The position numbers and the translations under genes are program-made. Below the pieces are notes generated by a model, which ran no database searches, had not been told where the DNA came from, and worked only from the letters and a program-made list of their open reading frames with translations. A stretch of 64,000 bases of DNA from a virus, in the IMG/VR virus record IMGVR_UViG_3300000234_000002, positions 19,958-83,957 of that record. One strand, given 5' to 3'. How positions within the stretch are numbered: position 1 is the stretch's first letter; every line of letters begins with the position of its first letter. Shown here piece by piece: positions 37,868 to 50,632 of the stretch.

Positions 37868-40348
37868 TTATCTCTTCAGTATGGCTTTGTAAGGATGAAT
37901 TACGATTGTAGACATTTCATCGACCAAAGAATTCAGCTCTTTATCCCAAGAAATCGCCACATCGTTCCAACTAAAGTTGGACCTAGCATGATTAATGAGA
38001 TTCATTCTCTTATCATCAGAAATTGGATTTCTGAGATTTTCTATTATTGCTTTCTTATACTTCTCATTATATTCGTGAGAATTCCAGTCGCCGTGTATCA
38101 TAGTACCACGATTACCGACCGTTTCATTAAGAGCAGCCACAGGAGAAGTTATTATTTGTAGACCAGCAGCCTGGGCTTCCATCGCCGATATACAACTGGT
38201 TTCTGAGAACCAAGTCCCATAAAGCCAATGGGATGCGGACATGAAATGGGAGGCTAATATTTCTTGTGAAACTCTGCCATGATAGAAAACATTTTTAGTG
38301 TTGTTAAGAAGATTCTTTAAGTGGCCTATATAAGAAATTTGACTTTGATCGTTAACGAGCTTCGCGCTCATTTCCCAATTTTCAAAACCGTAGAAAACGT
38401 GAAGCTCAGCATCAGGAACTTCGTCTACGACGTTACCCCAAACATTGAGCAAAGACAAAAGACCTCTGTCTGGGCTTGAACTATAGATAGCTTTATTTTT
38501 GTTTTTCTTGATTTCAGAAAACTCTTTATCATTAAAACGATCGAAGTTTATCCCGTTTTTTGTTACGTGAACTTTATCCTCATGGAGATATTTATAATTC
38601 TCCAAGAAGAAACCCTTGTGCCAGTTAGATAGGGTCAAGAACCTATCAATTTTCAGGGACCTTGCATAGTTCAGTTCATCCCCACAATGAATGTCATGAA
38701 CCCAGCAAAGGTTAACTTTAGACTTCAGTCCAAGATGCTCATCAAAAATGTGAGGGCGACGAGAAGAAATCATAATATCACACTCAACGTTTGCAAAATT
38801 TGAATAATCAGTGTATTGGACACCATCGAAAGTGCCCTCTAATCCATAACAGTCGCCATAAACTCTAACACTATGGCCCATGCTTACGAGCCTAGTTGAC
38901 ATCTCTATTAAAGCAATTTCGCTTCCACCGTTACCCTTTTCTTTAACAGTTTCAGGATTCCACTTTTCATAACTATGACCAACAAAGAAAACTATATCTC
39001 TTTTTCTGTCGGTCTTGTAAGTGAAATCGTTGAGTGGAACAAGTTTTTCCACATCAACATTTTTTACGACTGGAGTAACAACACTAATATCATTACTTTC
39101 TTTTTCGATAATAGAAAGTATTCTGTTGAAATCCGATTTTGTTAAATGACCAACTTCAACAAGTTTGTTTAATGGATCGTTAAGCTTGATTTTGCTTAAA
39201 TGAGTTGTATATATTTTCCGATTCAAAATTAGAGATTGATCATCAGGAACGGTAGAAATAGCTCTATTGACACTTTCTAAAGCTTCCTCAACTTTCCCTA
39301 ACTTATTTAGTGCAAAGTTATAATATTTTTGTATATCATATTCTCTATCAAGAGGATTAACAAATAAAATAGTTTTTGTTGGCGGTAAATCCAAACCCTT
39401 TTTGATAAATCTTACACACTTCGTCCAAAGTTCATTTTGAATTCTTAGATCAGATTGACTTTGGGCTTTAAAATAAAAACACTTTCCTATTGCAAAAAGT
39501 GGCTCACCCCAGTCATCTTTAGTGGAATGAGCCAAAAGAGCCCATTTCAAAGAAGAATCGGTATCGCCCTTAGAAAGATAATGACGAGCAAGCTCCATGC
39601 ACGAGAGACATTTCTCATCATCCCATCCAGAAAGAGCTACGTATTTTTCATGAAATTTAATGGAGTTATCAATATCATTGATATTCCCGTATTCGAGACC
39701 TAGATAATAAAGCTGCCGAACGTCAGAATCACCAACTTTATCATAATTCGATTTCAGAATCCTGAGATTCCTGTTTTTTTCTACAGGTTTTAGATTCAAA
39801 TCACGCTTATGAACAATAACACACTCTTTGGATTCATGAAGATGATCTAAAGGTTTTATTGGAACCAAAACTTCATGAACAGCGCCTTGCCATTCAAAAT
39901 GAGAAGCCGGACTAACTAATCTTTCTCTGTAATGATAACAAGTCACATTCCCGTTATGGTCGTGTGAGTACTCATATGGGAACATTATCATGCAATTTTT
40001 ATTATATTTAATATTCGTTACTAAATCATAAAGTTTCTCAGCCCCATAAACCTCATCATCACCATCTATCCACATAACCCAAGGTTGTGTGGCTAAGCTA
40101 AAACTTCTCTGTCTAGCGTTAGAAAAAGACTGAATTTTACCATCAGAGTCGTTACAATCCAGATAAGTTTCAAACTTATCAGCATACTTTGAAACTATTT
40201 CTAAAGTTCTGTCTACAGAACCAGTATCAACAACGCATATTTCAGCAACATGTGGTCTGATAGATCTTAAACAATCTTCTATTTGAGCTTCTTCATTTTT
40301 TACTATAAGACAGACCGATATAGGGGCAACTTTATTCATGCATAACAC
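37868..40348 (-). CDS. GT2 + TPR + GT4 fused glycosyltransferase
   Basis: IVKNE..VDTGSVD..FSNAR..WIDGDD (GT2); TPR-like helices; GGSE..SSPDRGL..ETSCISAMEAQAAG (GT4). Confidence 0.9.
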   Translation of the reverse strand: MLCMNKVAPISVCLIVKNEEAQIEDCLRSIRPHVAEICVVDTGSVDRTLEIVSKYADKFETYLDCNDSDGKIQSFSNARQRSFSLATQPWVMWIDGDDEVYGAEKLYDLVTNIKYNKNCMIMFPYEYSHDHNGNVTCYHYRERLVSPASHFEWQGAVHEVLVPIKPLDHLHESKECVIVHKRDLNLKPVEKNRNLRILKSNYDKVGDSDVRQLYYLGLEYGNINDIDNSIKFHEKYVALSGWDDEKCLSCMELARHYLSKGDTDSSLKWALLAHSTKDDWGEPLFAIGKCFYFKAQSQSDLRIQNELWTKCVRFIKKGLDLPPTKTILFVNPLDREYDIQKYYNFALNKLGKVEEALESVNRAISTVPDDQSLILNRKIYTTHLSKIKLNDPLNKLVEVGHLTKSDFNRILSIIEKESNDISVVTPVVKNVDVEKLVPLNDFTYKTDRKRDIVFFVGHSYEKWNPETVKEKGNGGSEIALIEMSTRLVSMGHSVRVYGDCYGLEGTFDGVQYTDYSNFANVECDIMISSRRPHIFDEHLGLKSKVNLCWVHDIHCGDELNYARSLKIDRFLTLSNWHKGFFLENYKYLHEDKVHVTKNGINFDRFNDKEFSEIKKNKNKAIYSSSPDRGLLSLLNVWGNVVDEVPDAELHVFYGFENWEMSAKLVNDQSQISYIGHLKNLLNNTKNVFYHGRVSQEILASHFMSASHWLYGTWFSETSCISAMEAQAAGLQIITSPVAALNETVGNRGTMIHGDWNSHEYNEKYKKAIIENLRNPISDDKRMNLINHARSNFSWNDVAISWDKELNSLVDEMSTIVIHPYKAILKR

Positions 40349-40364
40349 TACCAGAAACGATAAA

Positions 40365-41339
40365 TCAAGTTAAATACTGTCTGAAGCACATAAACCAACC
40401 AGAAAAAGTCCCAGCTCCCGTGGAAACCTTTTCAACAGAAACTCTTATCTTCCATCTATTATGGAAGTAATCAGCTTTATAAGTTTCTATGTCAAGCATT
40501 CCTATTTGGCTTCCGAGAGGAATATTTTTAATATAAGAAACACTTAGAGGGATGTTCAGTAAATGCCAGTCAGTCCCCCGAACAGAATTAGGAGTAACAG
40601 CGCCAGTTGCGAAGTCAACATTCCAAAAACCATCACCATTTGTAGGAGCTGGGACAGCTGTAGATAAATTCAGATCATGAGTTCCATTATTGTTAGTAGC
40701 TGGCATAATGACGCTATATCCATAACCAGTATCCAAAAGATTTACATTTCCCGTGTTAGAACCATTTAAAACAGGAGAGTTTGCAGGTATAATGGAAGAA
40801 AGAGTGAATTTATCTCTTGAATCCCAATTTTCAACTGGATACCATTGAGCTTGACAATCGTGAATCAATATTGGCTCAATAAATTCCATTTCCATATATT
40901 TGACTTCAGGAACAGTAAATTCTAAATAAACAGGAGTTCCTTCACCTCTCCCAGAAGCAGGAGGTGTTGGGTTCTTATTATCACCAGCCCCGGTGAAATA
41001 AGTTCTCCAATAAAAAGGAGCCGGATTTATTACGATGTTTGGTCGATTATCAAATTCAGAAGGAGCATCAAGTTTGAAGTTGAAAGTTGGCCTTAGGGCG
41101 TTGCCTCTGTGAGCAGCCACTATATTATTTAAATTAGTTACTTCATCATTAGGTAAAGCGTTTTTAAACCAAACTGTAAAAGTTTGAAGAGTGTTATTGA
41201 CATCGATTCTGTCCATTACGATAGTGAAATCAGAAAAACCATAATTTCGAGAATACATTATTTGATTTTCAAATCTGTCAAAGTCAAACTTTCCAGTTTG
41301 GGTTTGAGAAAAATTGAATAAGTAAGAGGTTAGCGCCAT
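40365..41339 (-). CDS. Putative virion structural protein
   Basis: 324-aa beta-rich ORF in the fibre operon. Confidence 0.55.
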   Translation of the reverse strand: MALTSYLFNFSQTQTGKFDFDRFENQIMYSRNYGFSDFTIVMDRIDVNNTLQTFTVWFKNALPNDEVTNLNNIVAAHRGNALRPTFNFKLDAPSEFDNRPNIVINPAPFYWRTYFTGAGDNKNPTPPASGRGEGTPVYLEFTVPEVKYMEMEFIEPILIHDCQAQWYPVENWDSRDKFTLSSIIPANSPVLNGSNTGNVNLLDTGYGYSVIMPATNNNGTHDLNLSTAVPAPTNGDGFWNVDFATGAVTPNSVRGTDWHLLNIPLSVSYIKNIPLGSQIGMLDIETYKADYFHNRWKIRVSVEKVSTGAGTFSGWFMCFRQYLT

Positions 41340-42044
41340 TTAAAATGAAAATCCAAAAAAAATTGAATTGAAATTGTTACCGGATGGAGAGTAGTTTTCG
41401 TCAAGGATTTCAGTTATAGAATGAGCCTGAGCGGTTGAAGAACCGAAAGTCCAACTCATACTAGTAGTTTGAGGTGTTGAAATATTTTTTGAACTGACCA
41501 TAAATCTTGTGCCGCTACTAAAAGAGTCATTAATTTCAGTTTGACCTCCACCAGGGGTTGCAGCGGAAGCTGAGTCATTTGCACAAAGACAATCAACTAA
41601 AACAGAATTTGAACCTATTGTTGTTATATCAGTTGAATAAGAAGAAACAGTGTTGTTATCTGAAAAATTAGTTCCTACTGAACCGAGTGAAATTTGATAA
41701 ACACCACTATACACTAAAACTAAAGCTTCCCATGAGTAAAGGGATCCACCACCCGTAAAAGTCCATGAAAGATTATAACTTCCAGTAGATGAAGGTAAAC
41801 TAGCATCTGGTAACCAGAAAACAGCAGATCTAGTTCTATTACTAAAAGAAACAGCGGTAGCGCTAGGACCAATATTCATAGACACACCATTATACGATGT
41901 GGAACCAAATACTAAAGTCCCAGAACCAATACTCTTAAGTATAGCTACTAAAAATCTATTAGAACCTGAAGCAACAGATAAATTATGAGAAAAACCAGCA
42001 GAAAATCCCGTAAAATAATCACTGTCAAGTTGAGTTATTGTCAT
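41340..42044 (-). CDS. Putative virion surface/fibre-tip protein, Ser/Thr/Gly-rich
   Basis: 234-aa beta-rich ORF abutting a collagen gene. Confidence 0.55.
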   Translation of the reverse strand: MTITQLDSDYFTGFSAGFSHNLSVASGSNRFLVAILKSIGSGTLVFGSTSYNGVSMNIGPSATAVSFSNRTRSAVFWLPDASLPSSTGSYNLSWTFTGGGSLYSWEALVLVYSGVYQISLGSVGTNFSDNNTVSSYSTDITTIGSNSVLVDCLCANDSASAATPGGGQTEINDSFSSGTRFMVSSKNISTPQTTSMSWTFGSSTAQAHSITEILDENYSPSGNNFNSIFFGFSF

Positions 42045-42045
42045 T

Positions 42046-44889
42046 TTATGAAAAATTCAAAGTACCAACACCATAATAAAGTGAACCGTTATAATAAAAA
42101 GTAACTATATGGACAGTATTAGCGGCAGTGTTTACAGCAGGAGAAGAACCTCCAGGCCATCGAACAGTAGAAGGCCAGTTTACAGTCCTTCCGCCAGTAG
42201 CATCTTGAACTAAACGAAGCAAAAGGTTTGAAACTCCGGTTGTTGGAGCGGTAAATATTAAAGTAGAAGCAGTTCCCGTTAAAGTAACAGCTTGCCTCAA
42301 GCCGTTATTCCAGTTAATGGTAGCAGTAGCACCACTGTTACCATTAATGAATTCTTGATCAAAACCTATTGTTTTGACGTTGGATATTTGACCTTGGTCG
42401 TTTACAGTTACAGTAGAGCTGGTTATATTTCTACCATTTGTTCCAGAAAAACGAGCTATAGAATTGTTAATAGCAGTACCGGGACCTATAACAGCAGTAG
42501 GACTTACGGGACCGGTGGGTCCCTGAGGACCAGTAGCACCAGCTGGACCGGTTGGTCCAGCAGGACCGCCAGAAGGTCCTGTGGCTCCAGTAGCGCCATC
42601 AGCTCCTCTAGGAGAAAAAGCAACAAATTTCTGGTTTAGAATTTCAGGGAATCTACCAGAGTTATAAGGTCTTCTCCATTCAACATATAAAGTATGGACT
42701 CCAGCAGAAAGTCTTCTACTTTCAAAATTATTTACAATTTCTGGTTGACCAGAAATAACATTAACGAAGCCTTGAACAGGACTTCCACGATCGTTATCAA
42801 AAACTATCCTGAATTCCGCTACGGCACCAGTATTTCCAGTGCCAACTCTTGATGAAGCAAAAACAGAAGCATTGTATATAGCGAGTAAATCTGTTGATTG
42901 AGTTAAATTGAAATTCAAATAAGAACTTGGAACAGGGATAAATGTTGCCGATGTTGCTATCGGACCAGAGTTGGTCGCAAAAGAAGCAACACTCGTCGAG
43001 ACCAAAGTAAAAATAAGAGGACCAGGAACAACACCAGCTAAGCCTTGAGGACCAGTTACCCCTTGAGCGCCAGTGGGTCCAACGGGACCAGTGTCACCAC
43101 GAGGGCCAGTTGGGCCTTGAGCACCGGTAGTTCCTGGGCCAGTTACACCTTGCGAACCAGTTGGACCAATAAGACCTGGAGAACCTTGGATACCTTGCGG
43201 GCCAATAATTCCTGTATCCCCACGGGGACCAGTGGCACCTTGGGGACCAGTTACACCCTGTATTCCTTGAACACCGGTAGCGCCCTGTGGTCCAGTGGAT
43301 CCTATAGGACCCGTGTCACCACGAGGACCCGTTAAACCAGGGGAGCCTTGGGGTCCTGTGTTTCCTATAGGACCAATAGGACCAGTTATACCCTGCGGTC
43401 CAGTTTGTCCTTGTAATCCAGTAGCACCCTGGAGACCTATTTGTCCAGTTGGTCCCTGAATACCTTGGGGTCCAATTTGACCTGTGGGTCCGACAGCTCC
43501 GGTAGTGCCTTGGAGGCCAGTCGAACCTTGTATACCTGTAGCACCTTGAGGTCCTGTGACACCTTGTATACCTGTGACACCCTGTATACCAGTGGCACCT
43601 TGTGGCCCGATTGGACCTGTAGCTCCAGTATTGCCACGGGGACCTGTATCACCTCTTGGGCCAGTATCTCCTTGAATTCCTGTGTTACCACGAGGTCCGG
43701 TGATGCCTTGTATACCAGTTGGGCCCTGTGGTCCCGTATCACCTCTAGGGCCAGTTTGGCCCTGTGGTCCCGTAGAACCCTGAGGTCCAATTTGTCCGGT
43801 TTGACCTTGAGGACCAGTGACACCAGGAGATCCTGTCTGTCCCTGCGGGCCAATCTGTCCTGTCGACCCTTGGATACCGGTGGCGCCTTGGGGGCCTTGG
43901 GGGCCTGTAGGACCTTGGGGGCCGGTTGGTCCCACAATGCCTTGTGAACCTGTATCACCACGAGGACCAGTTTGTCCTTGAATACCAGTAGGACCTTGAA
44001 TACCCTGAGGACCGGTATCACCTCTTGGTCCTGTTGGACCCTGAAGACCTTGTGGGCCTGTGGGACCTTGAACACCAGTGACTCCAGTTGCACCTTGAAG
44101 CCCAGTGTTACCACGAGGACCTGTGTCGCCTTGTGGACCTGTGTTTCCTCTGGGTCCAGTATCACCACGTGGACCAGTAACACCTTGAGGTCCAGTTGAC
44201 CCTGCTATGCCGTTAAGACCGGTTGCACCCTGTGGTCCTGTTGCTCCTGTTGGTCCTTGAATACCAGTATCACCTCTTGGTCCGGTAAAGCCTGTTACTC
44301 CCGGAAGACCCGTAGGGCCTTGGATACCTTGGATACCTGTAGGACCAATTTGTCCTGTGGCGCCCTGAATACCAGTAGCACCCTGCGGTCCCTGATTTCC
44401 AGTTGCGCCTTGTGGTCCTATGGGACCCTGAATTCCAGTGGCTCCCTGTAAACCAGTAGAACCGCGAGGCCCTGTATCGCCGCGTGGACCCGTCTGTCCT
44501 TGAATACCGGTGTCACCACGCGGTCCAGTTGAGCCGGTGGCTCCTTGAGGCCCTATAGGACCAGTTGCGCCTTGAGGACCTATTGGAAAACCAGTTAGTC
44601 CGAATACACTCTCATTAAGTATTTTAAGTTCATGATAAAGGTCAAAAGCTTCTTGAACAGTTTGATCTGTTACATTTCTTACTAAGACTAAATTATTGTT
44701 ACCTATGTTTTGATTAAATACAGCAATGTTATCATAAACTATTTGAAAATCGATACCAGGCTGTTCATCATAATCAACAGTATCCCATATCAATAAAGAA
44801 GATGCGGGGGATATTGATAAAACACCAAAGTTTATGGTAGAAACCGAATCGTTTCTTAAATAGACTTTTATGTTTATTAAGGAACTCAT
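42046..44889 (-). CDS. Collagen-like fibre protein B
   Basis: About 520 aa of Gly-X-Y between an N-terminal LLIWDT domain and C-terminal globular domains (..[20 protein letters not shown]..). Confidence 0.92.
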   Translation of the reverse strand: MSSLINIKVYLRNDSVSTINFGVLSISPASSLLIWDTVDYDEQPGIDFQIVYDNIAVFNQNIGNNNLVLVRNVTDQTVQEAFDLYHELKILNESVFGLTGFPIGPQGATGPIGPQGATGSTGPRGDTGIQGQTGPRGDTGPRGSTGLQGATGIQGPIGPQGATGNQGPQGATGIQGATGQIGPTGIQGIQGPTGLPGVTGFTGPRGDTGIQGPTGATGPQGATGLNGIAGSTGPQGVTGPRGDTGPRGNTGPQGDTGPRGNTGLQGATGVTGVQGPTGPQGLQGPTGPRGDTGPQGIQGPTGIQGQTGPRGDTGSQGIVGPTGPQGPTGPQGPQGATGIQGSTGQIGPQGQTGSPGVTGPQGQTGQIGPQGSTGPQGQTGPRGDTGPQGPTGIQGITGPRGNTGIQGDTGPRGDTGPRGNTGATGPIGPQGATGIQGVTGIQGVTGPQGATGIQGSTGLQGTTGAVGPTGQIGPQGIQGPTGQIGLQGATGLQGQTGPQGITGPIGPIGNTGPQGSPGLTGPRGDTGPIGSTGPQGATGVQGIQGVTGPQGATGPRGDTGIIGPQGIQGSPGLIGPTGSQGVTGPGTTGAQGPTGPRGDTGPVGPTGAQGVTGPQGLAGVVPGPLIFTLVSTSVASFATNSGPIATSATFIPVPSSYLNFNLTQSTDLLAIYNASVFASSRVGTGNTGAVAEFRIVFDNDRGSPVQGFVNVISGQPEIVNNFESRRLSAGVHTLYVEWRRPYNSGRFPEILNQKFVAFSPRGADGATGATGPSGGPAGPTGPAGATGPQGPTGPVSPTAVIGPGTAINNSIARFSGTNGRNITSSTVTVNDQGQISNVKTIGFDQEFINGNSGATATINWNNGLRQAVTLTGTASTLIFTAPTTGVSNLLLRLVQDATGGRTVNWPSTVRWPGGSSPAVNTAANTVHIVTFYYNGSLYYGVGTLNFS

Positions 44890-44897
44890 AGTTTTCC

Positions 44898-46523
44898 TTA
44901 AAAATCAGTTTCAATATAAACTGATGAAATATCAAGACCAACAGCTAAAGCAGTCTGATTGTTTGTTCTCCAAGAGTTGTAGGTTAAAAGGGTTGTTGGT
45001 GCAGGATAAGCAACACCAGTTGCTCCAGTTATAGAGCCAGCAACAGATATCCCAGCATTCAAACGAGAAACTTCCCAATGAATAATCCCACCGATCGGTG
45101 GAGCAAAAATGGAAAGTTCATAAAAATCAGTTGATAAGGTTCTTGCGGGATAATTCACACCTAAATCAATTGCTGGTTGAGCAGAAGATCCACCATAATA
45201 AAACGATAAATTACTTCCTGAAACTCCGTGACCAACACCTATGCAATTTGTTAAAGTTGAAGGATCAACATTAGCTGGAGCACTCGTGCTGCTAGACATC
45301 CCAATAAACATTCGAGCGCCAGTAACGGTAGCAGCATCTGAAACACCAAACCTAGTTATCATATGAAAACCACCCAAAATAACAGAAGTTGCAGTGGGAA
45401 TAGGACCGGCTCCAACAGTATATTGCCTAGCCGCAAACCTTAAATGAGCCATCGATCCAGGAGTGGTTGCCGAAATATAACCAATTCTTTTCATGCGTGT
45501 GAAAAAATTGGTAGTAGCAATATTTCTTGCGTTCGCAGTACCGGAAGTGTTTGCAGCTAAAAGACCAAATACTGCAGGAACTGTAGTTGAATTTCCTAAA
45601 GCATTCCAGAAACCAACTTTATTTCGAGCTAAAAATGGCTGAACCTTCGTATCCTGACCTGCAGGGCCAACGAAAGTTAGCATGTTACGATTTGAAATCG
45701 GACTGGCAAAAATACCGCAATATAAAGAAGGAATATGTCCAAATGAAGTTGATAAAGGCATTTTTATAACATTTTGATCAATCACAAAATTTGAAGTTCC
45801 AGCATTTTCACCAGTAGTCCCAGTGTAAACCATTATAACGCCAGCAGATGGAACGAACGGAGCAGGACCTCTCATAGCACCAGAAGCAGAACCAGGTAGT
45901 CCCTGAGGACCTACGGCACCAGTCGCTCCTTGAGGACCTGTTGTCCCAACACCAGTAGCGCCCTGAGGTCCTGTATTACCTCTTGGTCCGGTGTCTCCTT
46001 GAATTCCTGTGTCACCACGAGGGCCAGTTGGGCCTTGAGCACCAGTAGAACCAATTCCAGAGGGACCTGTCGATCCCTGTGCACCCTGTGGCCCGGTAGC
46101 TCCTGTATTACCACGAGGACCAGTAGCACCCTGTGGTCCAGTAGACCCGGCACTTCCACTGGCAACACGAGGGTCGGAGCTTGATATTGACTGACCAGGA
46201 CCAGTTCCTATATTTGGGAACGAAAATTGTCTTAAAAATAAATACTGTTCATAGGCAGAATTTATTAGTAAATAAGTGTCGAAACCATCAGAAGCATTTT
46301 GATCAACAGAGTTTCTTTCTATAATTACGAGGCTTGAATTTAAGTTGGTCTGGAAAGTTCCAACGTTATTCCTAACTTGTTCGAAATTTACAATACAAGT
46401 TGGGTCGAAATTTATAGTATCCCAAATAAGAGAGCTACTCCCGTTTGGTATAGAAAGAGACCCATAATTTATAACACCACCAGAAACGTTCCTTAAAAGG
46501 ATAGACAAACCAAGAGCACTCAT
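44898..46523 (-). CDS. Collagen-like fibre protein C (short collagen, large C-terminal domain)
   Basis: N-terminal domain paralogous to 42046..44889; about 90 aa Gly-X-Y; C-terminal beta-sandwich-like region. Confidence 0.88.
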   Translation of the reverse strand: MSALGLSILLRNVSGGVINYGSLSIPNGSSSLIWDTINFDPTCIVNFEQVRNNVGTFQTNLNSSLVIIERNSVDQNASDGFDTYLLINSAYEQYLFLRQFSFPNIGTGPGQSISSSDPRVASGSAGSTGPQGATGPRGNTGATGPQGAQGSTGPSGIGSTGAQGPTGPRGDTGIQGDTGPRGNTGPQGATGVGTTGPQGATGAVGPQGLPGSASGAMRGPAPFVPSAGVIMVYTGTTGENAGTSNFVIDQNVIKMPLSTSFGHIPSLYCGIFASPISNRNMLTFVGPAGQDTKVQPFLARNKVGFWNALGNSTTVPAVFGLLAANTSGTANARNIATTNFFTRMKRIGYISATTPGSMAHLRFAARQYTVGAGPIPTATSVILGGFHMITRFGVSDAATVTGARMFIGMSSSTSAPANVDPSTLTNCIGVGHGVSGSNLSFYYGGSSAQPAIDLGVNYPARTLSTDFYELSIFAPPIGGIIHWEVSRLNAGISVAGSITGATGVAYPAPTTLLTYNSWRTNNQTALAVGLDISSVYIETDF

Positions 46524-49500
46524 CTCTCCTCCAAAGTCAAAGTTATGAAAGCATTACGCATCTGCCCAGCTATGCTAGCTCCAGTTCCATTCGTAAATTT
46601 AAGGCCCAATAAAACACCAGAATCAACATCAATACTCAAGTTCACTGAACCAGTGAAATTCGTATTTCCAACACTGAAAGTACCAACAATAAAAGAGTTA
46701 CTAATAGAGAAGTCAACATTTCCTAAAAATGTTGAAGCTGTAAAGCCTATTGTATCAAGGTCAGTTTCAAATGAAACTGGATAAGTGACTGTCGAATTTT
46801 GAACACCGACACCTCTAACAGTTAATACTGCTCTTGTTATGGTAGCATTGAATGGAACTTGATAAGGCGAGCAAGAACTCGGGTTTGATATCCCAGAAGC
46901 AGATCCACTCCGTTTATTTCCAGGTGTGTCGCCGCCGGAACCTCTCCAAGTCAAAAAATAAACTGAAGTGTTATAGACATCTTCATCCATAACAAATTCG
47001 ACAGTCGCAAATCTTTTAACAACACCTGAAGGGCCTGTGGGACCAATAGACCCCGTTAGACCCTGGATACCTGTGGCTCCTTGTAAACCTGTAACTCCCT
47101 GAGGACCAGTGTTTCCTCTTGGTCCCGTATCACCACGTGGACCAGTGGGTCCCGTAACGCCTTGAATTCCTTGAATTCCTGTGGCGCCTTGTATTCCTTG
47201 TGAACCAGTTGCACCTTGTGGCCCGATTGGACCAGTAGCCCCCGTATTGCCTCTAGGGCCAGTATCACCACGGGGGCCTGTTTGACCTTGAGGACCTGTG
47301 TCTCCACGTGGGCCGGTAGGTCCAACGGGACCAGTGTCACCTCTTGGGCCTGTGGCTCCAGTTATGCCATTAACACCAGTTGCCCCCTGAGGACCAGTTG
47401 GGCCTTGTATTCCCGTATTGCCTCGGGGACCTGTGTCACCACGCGGTCCTGTATCCCCTCTTAAACCCGTAAACCCCTGAGGACCAGTATCACCACGTGG
47501 ACCAGTCGGGCCTTGAGCACCAGTTGATCCAATTACGCCCGGAAGACCTGTGGCGCCCTGTATTCCCTGGGGGCCTGTGGATCCAATTGGGCCAGTTGAA
47601 CCTTGTGGACCAGTGATACCAGGAGATCCTGTCGGACCGATAGGTCCTTGAATACCAGTGTCACCTCTCGGGCCCGTGAAACCCTGAGGGCCTGTATCAC
47701 CACGGGGTCCGGTCGGACCAGTTGGTCCTTGTAAACCAGTAGCGCCTTGTGGACCAGTCGGGCCGACGGGACCTGTGGTTCCGGTTCCGGCTCCAGCGGG
47801 ACCCTGTGGGCCTGTAGCACCAGTTACACCCTGGGGGCCAGTGGCACCCTGTGGTCCTGTGATACCGGGAGATCCTTGGGGACCAGTTATGCCCGGTGAA
47901 CCTTGTGGTCCAGTTACACCAGTATTTCCACGGGGACCCGTATCACCGCGTGGACCAGTCTGCCCCTGAGGTCCGGTTACACCTTGTATACCTTGAATGC
48001 CAGTAGCACCAATGGGACCAGTTACACCAGGGGAACCCTGTGGTCCAGTTGAACCTTGTGCACCAGTAAGACCCTGTGGCCCGGTAGCTCCTGTATTACC
48101 ACGAGGACCAGTATCACCACGGGATCCGGTTTGACCTTGTGGTCCCGTTACACCTTGAGGGCCAGTGGGACCAATTAACCCTGTGGCACCCTGAGTTCCT
48201 GTGGCACCTTGTGCACCAGTTGATCCAGTTTGTCCTTGTGGACCTTGGACTCCGGTGGCACCCTGAAGCCCGGTGGCACCTTGTGCACCAGTAGCTCCAA
48301 TAGAGCCCGTTACACCTTGAGTTCCTGTGGCTCCTTGGGGACCAGTAGGACCTTGAGGCCCTGTGGCTCCTTGGGGACCAGTAGGACCTTGTACACCAGT
48401 ATTACCACGTGGTCCTGTATCCCCTCGGGGGCCGGTTTGACCTTGTGGGCCTGTGGCACCCTGGGGACCCGTTGAGCCAGTAGAACCTTGGGGACCAATA
48501 GAGCCAGTAGAACCCTGTGGGCCAGTTACACCCTGAATGCCTTGAACACCGGTAGACCCTTGAACACCGGTAGACCCTTGTGCACCTTGAAGACCCGTAG
48601 CGCCTTGAGGACCGGTTACTCCCTGTGGTCCTTGAACACCAGTTGACCCTTGGGGACCTGTAGAACCTTGAACACCCTGGGGACCAGTAGCGCCTGTTGT
48701 TCCAGGAAGTCCTGTGGCGCCCTGAACACCGGTATTTCCTCTTGGACCAGTATCACCTCTGGGACCCGTCTGCCCTTGAATGCCAGTGGGGCCTTGCAAT
48801 CCAGTGGCACCAATAAGACCAGTGTCTCCTCTAGGCCCAGTAGTACCTTGGGGACCAGTGGGGCCTACAACACCTTGGGGACCAGTAGCACCTTGGGGAC
48901 CAGTTGGGCCTATTGATCCTGTTTCACCACGGGGACCTGTAGAACCAGTGGCACCTTGGGGACCAGCTATTCCTGTAGCGCCTTGGGGGCCGGTTACACC
49001 AGGGGACCCTTGGGGGCCTATAAAACCTTGCGCTCCCGTATTTCCACGAGGACCAGTGTCACCTCTTGGACCAGTTGACCCTTGTGGACCTGTGGAACCT
49101 TGGATACCAGTAGCTCCTTGAACTCCGGTGGCACCCTGAATTCCCTGAATCCCAGTGGCTCCCTGTGGACCAGTATTGCCACGTGGACCCGTTGGACCAG
49201 TGGGACCTTGTATACCCTGTGGACCTGTGGACCCCTGTGGACCTGTGGAACCTATTGAGCCCTGTATACCAGTCGGGCCTTGTAAACCCGTAACTCCCTG
49301 TGGGCCAGTTACACCAGGGGAACCCTGTGGTCCAGTATGTCCTATAGGGCCTGTTGGACCAGTAACTCCAGTAGGTCCTTGAGGGCCAGTGAAACCGATA
49401 GAACCAGTTGGTCCTTGTGGACCCTGAATACCAGTAGCTCCTTGGGGTCCTTGGAGACCGGTGGCTCCTTGAGTTCCTTGGGGACCGGTAGTACCTGGAG

Positions 49501-50632
49501 AGCCCTGAGGACCAGTCGGACCTTGTATACCAGTTGATCCGCGTGGGCCGGTGGGACCTGCTGGACCTGTGGCGCCAGGAGAACCCTGGGGACCTGTTGG
49601 GCCTTGTGAACCAGTTGGCCCTGGTAAACCTGGGGGACCAGCAGGACCAGCAGGACCAGTTAGACCCTGAGAACCAGTTAGACCCTGAGAACCAGGGGAG
49701 CCTTGGAAACCTTGGATACCCTGTGGACCCTGAATACCTTGAGGTCCAGTAGGTCCTAGAGGGCCTGTTGACCCTGTGACTCCCTGAATGCCAGTTGAAC
49801 CACGTGGGCCAGTATCACCGCGTGGGCCGGTTTGACCTTGTGGGCCGGTTGGACCTGTTGGTCCAATAAGACCTGTGACGCCTTGTAAACCTATAGAACC
49901 GGTATGCCCGATAGGACCAGTCGGACCTTGTATTCCGGTGGCGCCTTGTAAACCCGTAGCTCCTTGAGGTCCAGTTACACCAGGAGATCCCTGGGGACCC
50001 GTTACACCAGGAGATCCCTGGGGACCCGTAGATCCTGTAACACCAGTCGCACCACGAGGACCTGTGGCACCTTGGGGACCCGTTACGCCAGGGGAACCTT
50101 GGGGACCCGTAACTCCCTGAATTCCCGTTGGTCCTTGGACACCTGTGGCACCCTGGGGACCAGTAATACCAATAGAACCTGTATGACCTCGGGGACCGGT
50201 TGGGCCAGTTGGGCCGATTTGCCCAGTATTACCACGAGGTCCAGTGAAACCTATTAAACCTTGTGGGCCTGTAACACCAATAGAACCAGTAATACCCTGT
50301 GGACCAATTTGCCCAGTGGGACCTTGAATACCTTGTGGGCCTGTGGGACCGCGAGGTCCCGTTAGACCTTGAAGCCCTTGTATACCTTGGGGACCCTGAG
50401 GGCCAGTATTACCGCGAGGGCCAGTAAGACCTTGTGCACCCTGAACGCCAGTGGCACCCTGAACACCTTGTGCACCAGTAGGACCAATTACACCTTGTTG
50501 ACCCTGGGGACCAGTTGGCCCGAATGAACCTATAAGACCTTGGGGACCGGTAGGTCCAATAGGACCGGTAGGTCCTTGCGGACCAGTCGGACCAGTAGAG
50601 CTTCTTCTGGTTCCTACCGGATTATCTATCAT
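46520..50632 (-). CDS. Collagen-like fibre protein A, about 1190 aa of Gly-X-Y
   Basis: [18 protein letters not shown] repeats from residue ~13; about 165-aa C-terminal globular domain. Confidence 0.93.
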   Translation of the reverse strand: MIDNPVGTRRSSTGPTGPQGPTGPIGPTGPQGLIGSFGPTGPQGQQGVIGPTGAQGVQGATGVQGAQGLTGPRGNTGPQGPQGIQGLQGLTGPRGPTGPQGIQGPTGQIGPQGITGSIGVTGPQGLIGFTGPRGNTGQIGPTGPTGPRGHTGSIGITGPQGATGVQGPTGIQGVTGPQGSPGVTGPQGATGPRGATGVTGSTGPQGSPGVTGPQGSPGVTGPQGATGLQGATGIQGPTGPIGHTGSIGLQGVTGLIGPTGPTGPQGQTGPRGDTGPRGSTGIQGVTGSTGPLGPTGPQGIQGPQGIQGFQGSPGSQGLTGSQGLTGPAGPAGPPGLPGPTGSQGPTGPQGSPGATGPAGPTGPRGSTGIQGPTGPQGSPGTTGPQGTQGATGLQGPQGATGIQGPQGPTGSIGFTGPQGPTGVTGPTGPIGHTGPQGSPGVTGPQGVTGLQGPTGIQGSIGSTGPQGSTGPQGIQGPTGPTGPRGNTGPQGATGIQGIQGATGVQGATGIQGSTGPQGSTGPRGDTGPRGNTGAQGFIGPQGSPGVTGPQGATGIAGPQGATGSTGPRGETGSIGPTGPQGATGPQGVVGPTGPQGTTGPRGDTGLIGATGLQGPTGIQGQTGPRGDTGPRGNTGVQGATGLPGTTGATGPQGVQGSTGPQGSTGVQGPQGVTGPQGATGLQGAQGSTGVQGSTGVQGIQGVTGPQGSTGSIGPQGSTGSTGPQGATGPQGQTGPRGDTGPRGNTGVQGPTGPQGATGPQGPTGPQGATGTQGVTGSIGATGAQGATGLQGATGVQGPQGQTGSTGAQGATGTQGATGLIGPTGPQGVTGPQGQTGSRGDTGPRGNTGATGPQGLTGAQGSTGPQGSPGVTGPIGATGIQGIQGVTGPQGQTGPRGDTGPRGNTGVTGPQGSPGITGPQGSPGITGPQGATGPQGVTGATGPQGPAGAGTGTTGPVGPTGPQGATGLQGPTGPTGPRGDTGPQGFTGPRGDTGIQGPIGPTGSPGITGPQGSTGPIGSTGPQGIQGATGLPGVIGSTGAQGPTGPRGDTGPQGFTGLRGDTGPRGDTGPRGNTGIQGPTGPQGATGVNGITGATGPRGDTGPVGPTGPRGDTGPQGQTGPRGDTGPRGNTGATGPIGPQGATGSQGIQGATGIQGIQGVTGPTGPRGDTGPRGNTGPQGVTGLQGATGIQGLTGSIGPTGPSGVVKRFATVEFVMDEDVYNTSVYFLTWRGSGGDTPGNKRSGSASGISNPSSCSPYQVPFNATITRAVLTVRGVGVQNSTVTYPVSFETDLDTIGFTASTFLGNVDFSISNSFIVGTFSVGNTNFTGSVNLSIDVDSGVLLGLKFTNGTGASIAGQMRNAFITLTLEER

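Noticed and set aside
43000-49850. Numerous RGD tripeptides (GPRGDT) as integrin-binding motifs
   Set aside because: They arise from GPR-GDT triplets alternating with GPR-GNT, would be buried in the triple helix, and nothing here points to a eukaryotic target
42292-50257. Many alternative-frame and antisense ORFs in the collagen genes
   Set aside because: Artefacts of the GGN-CCN periodicity
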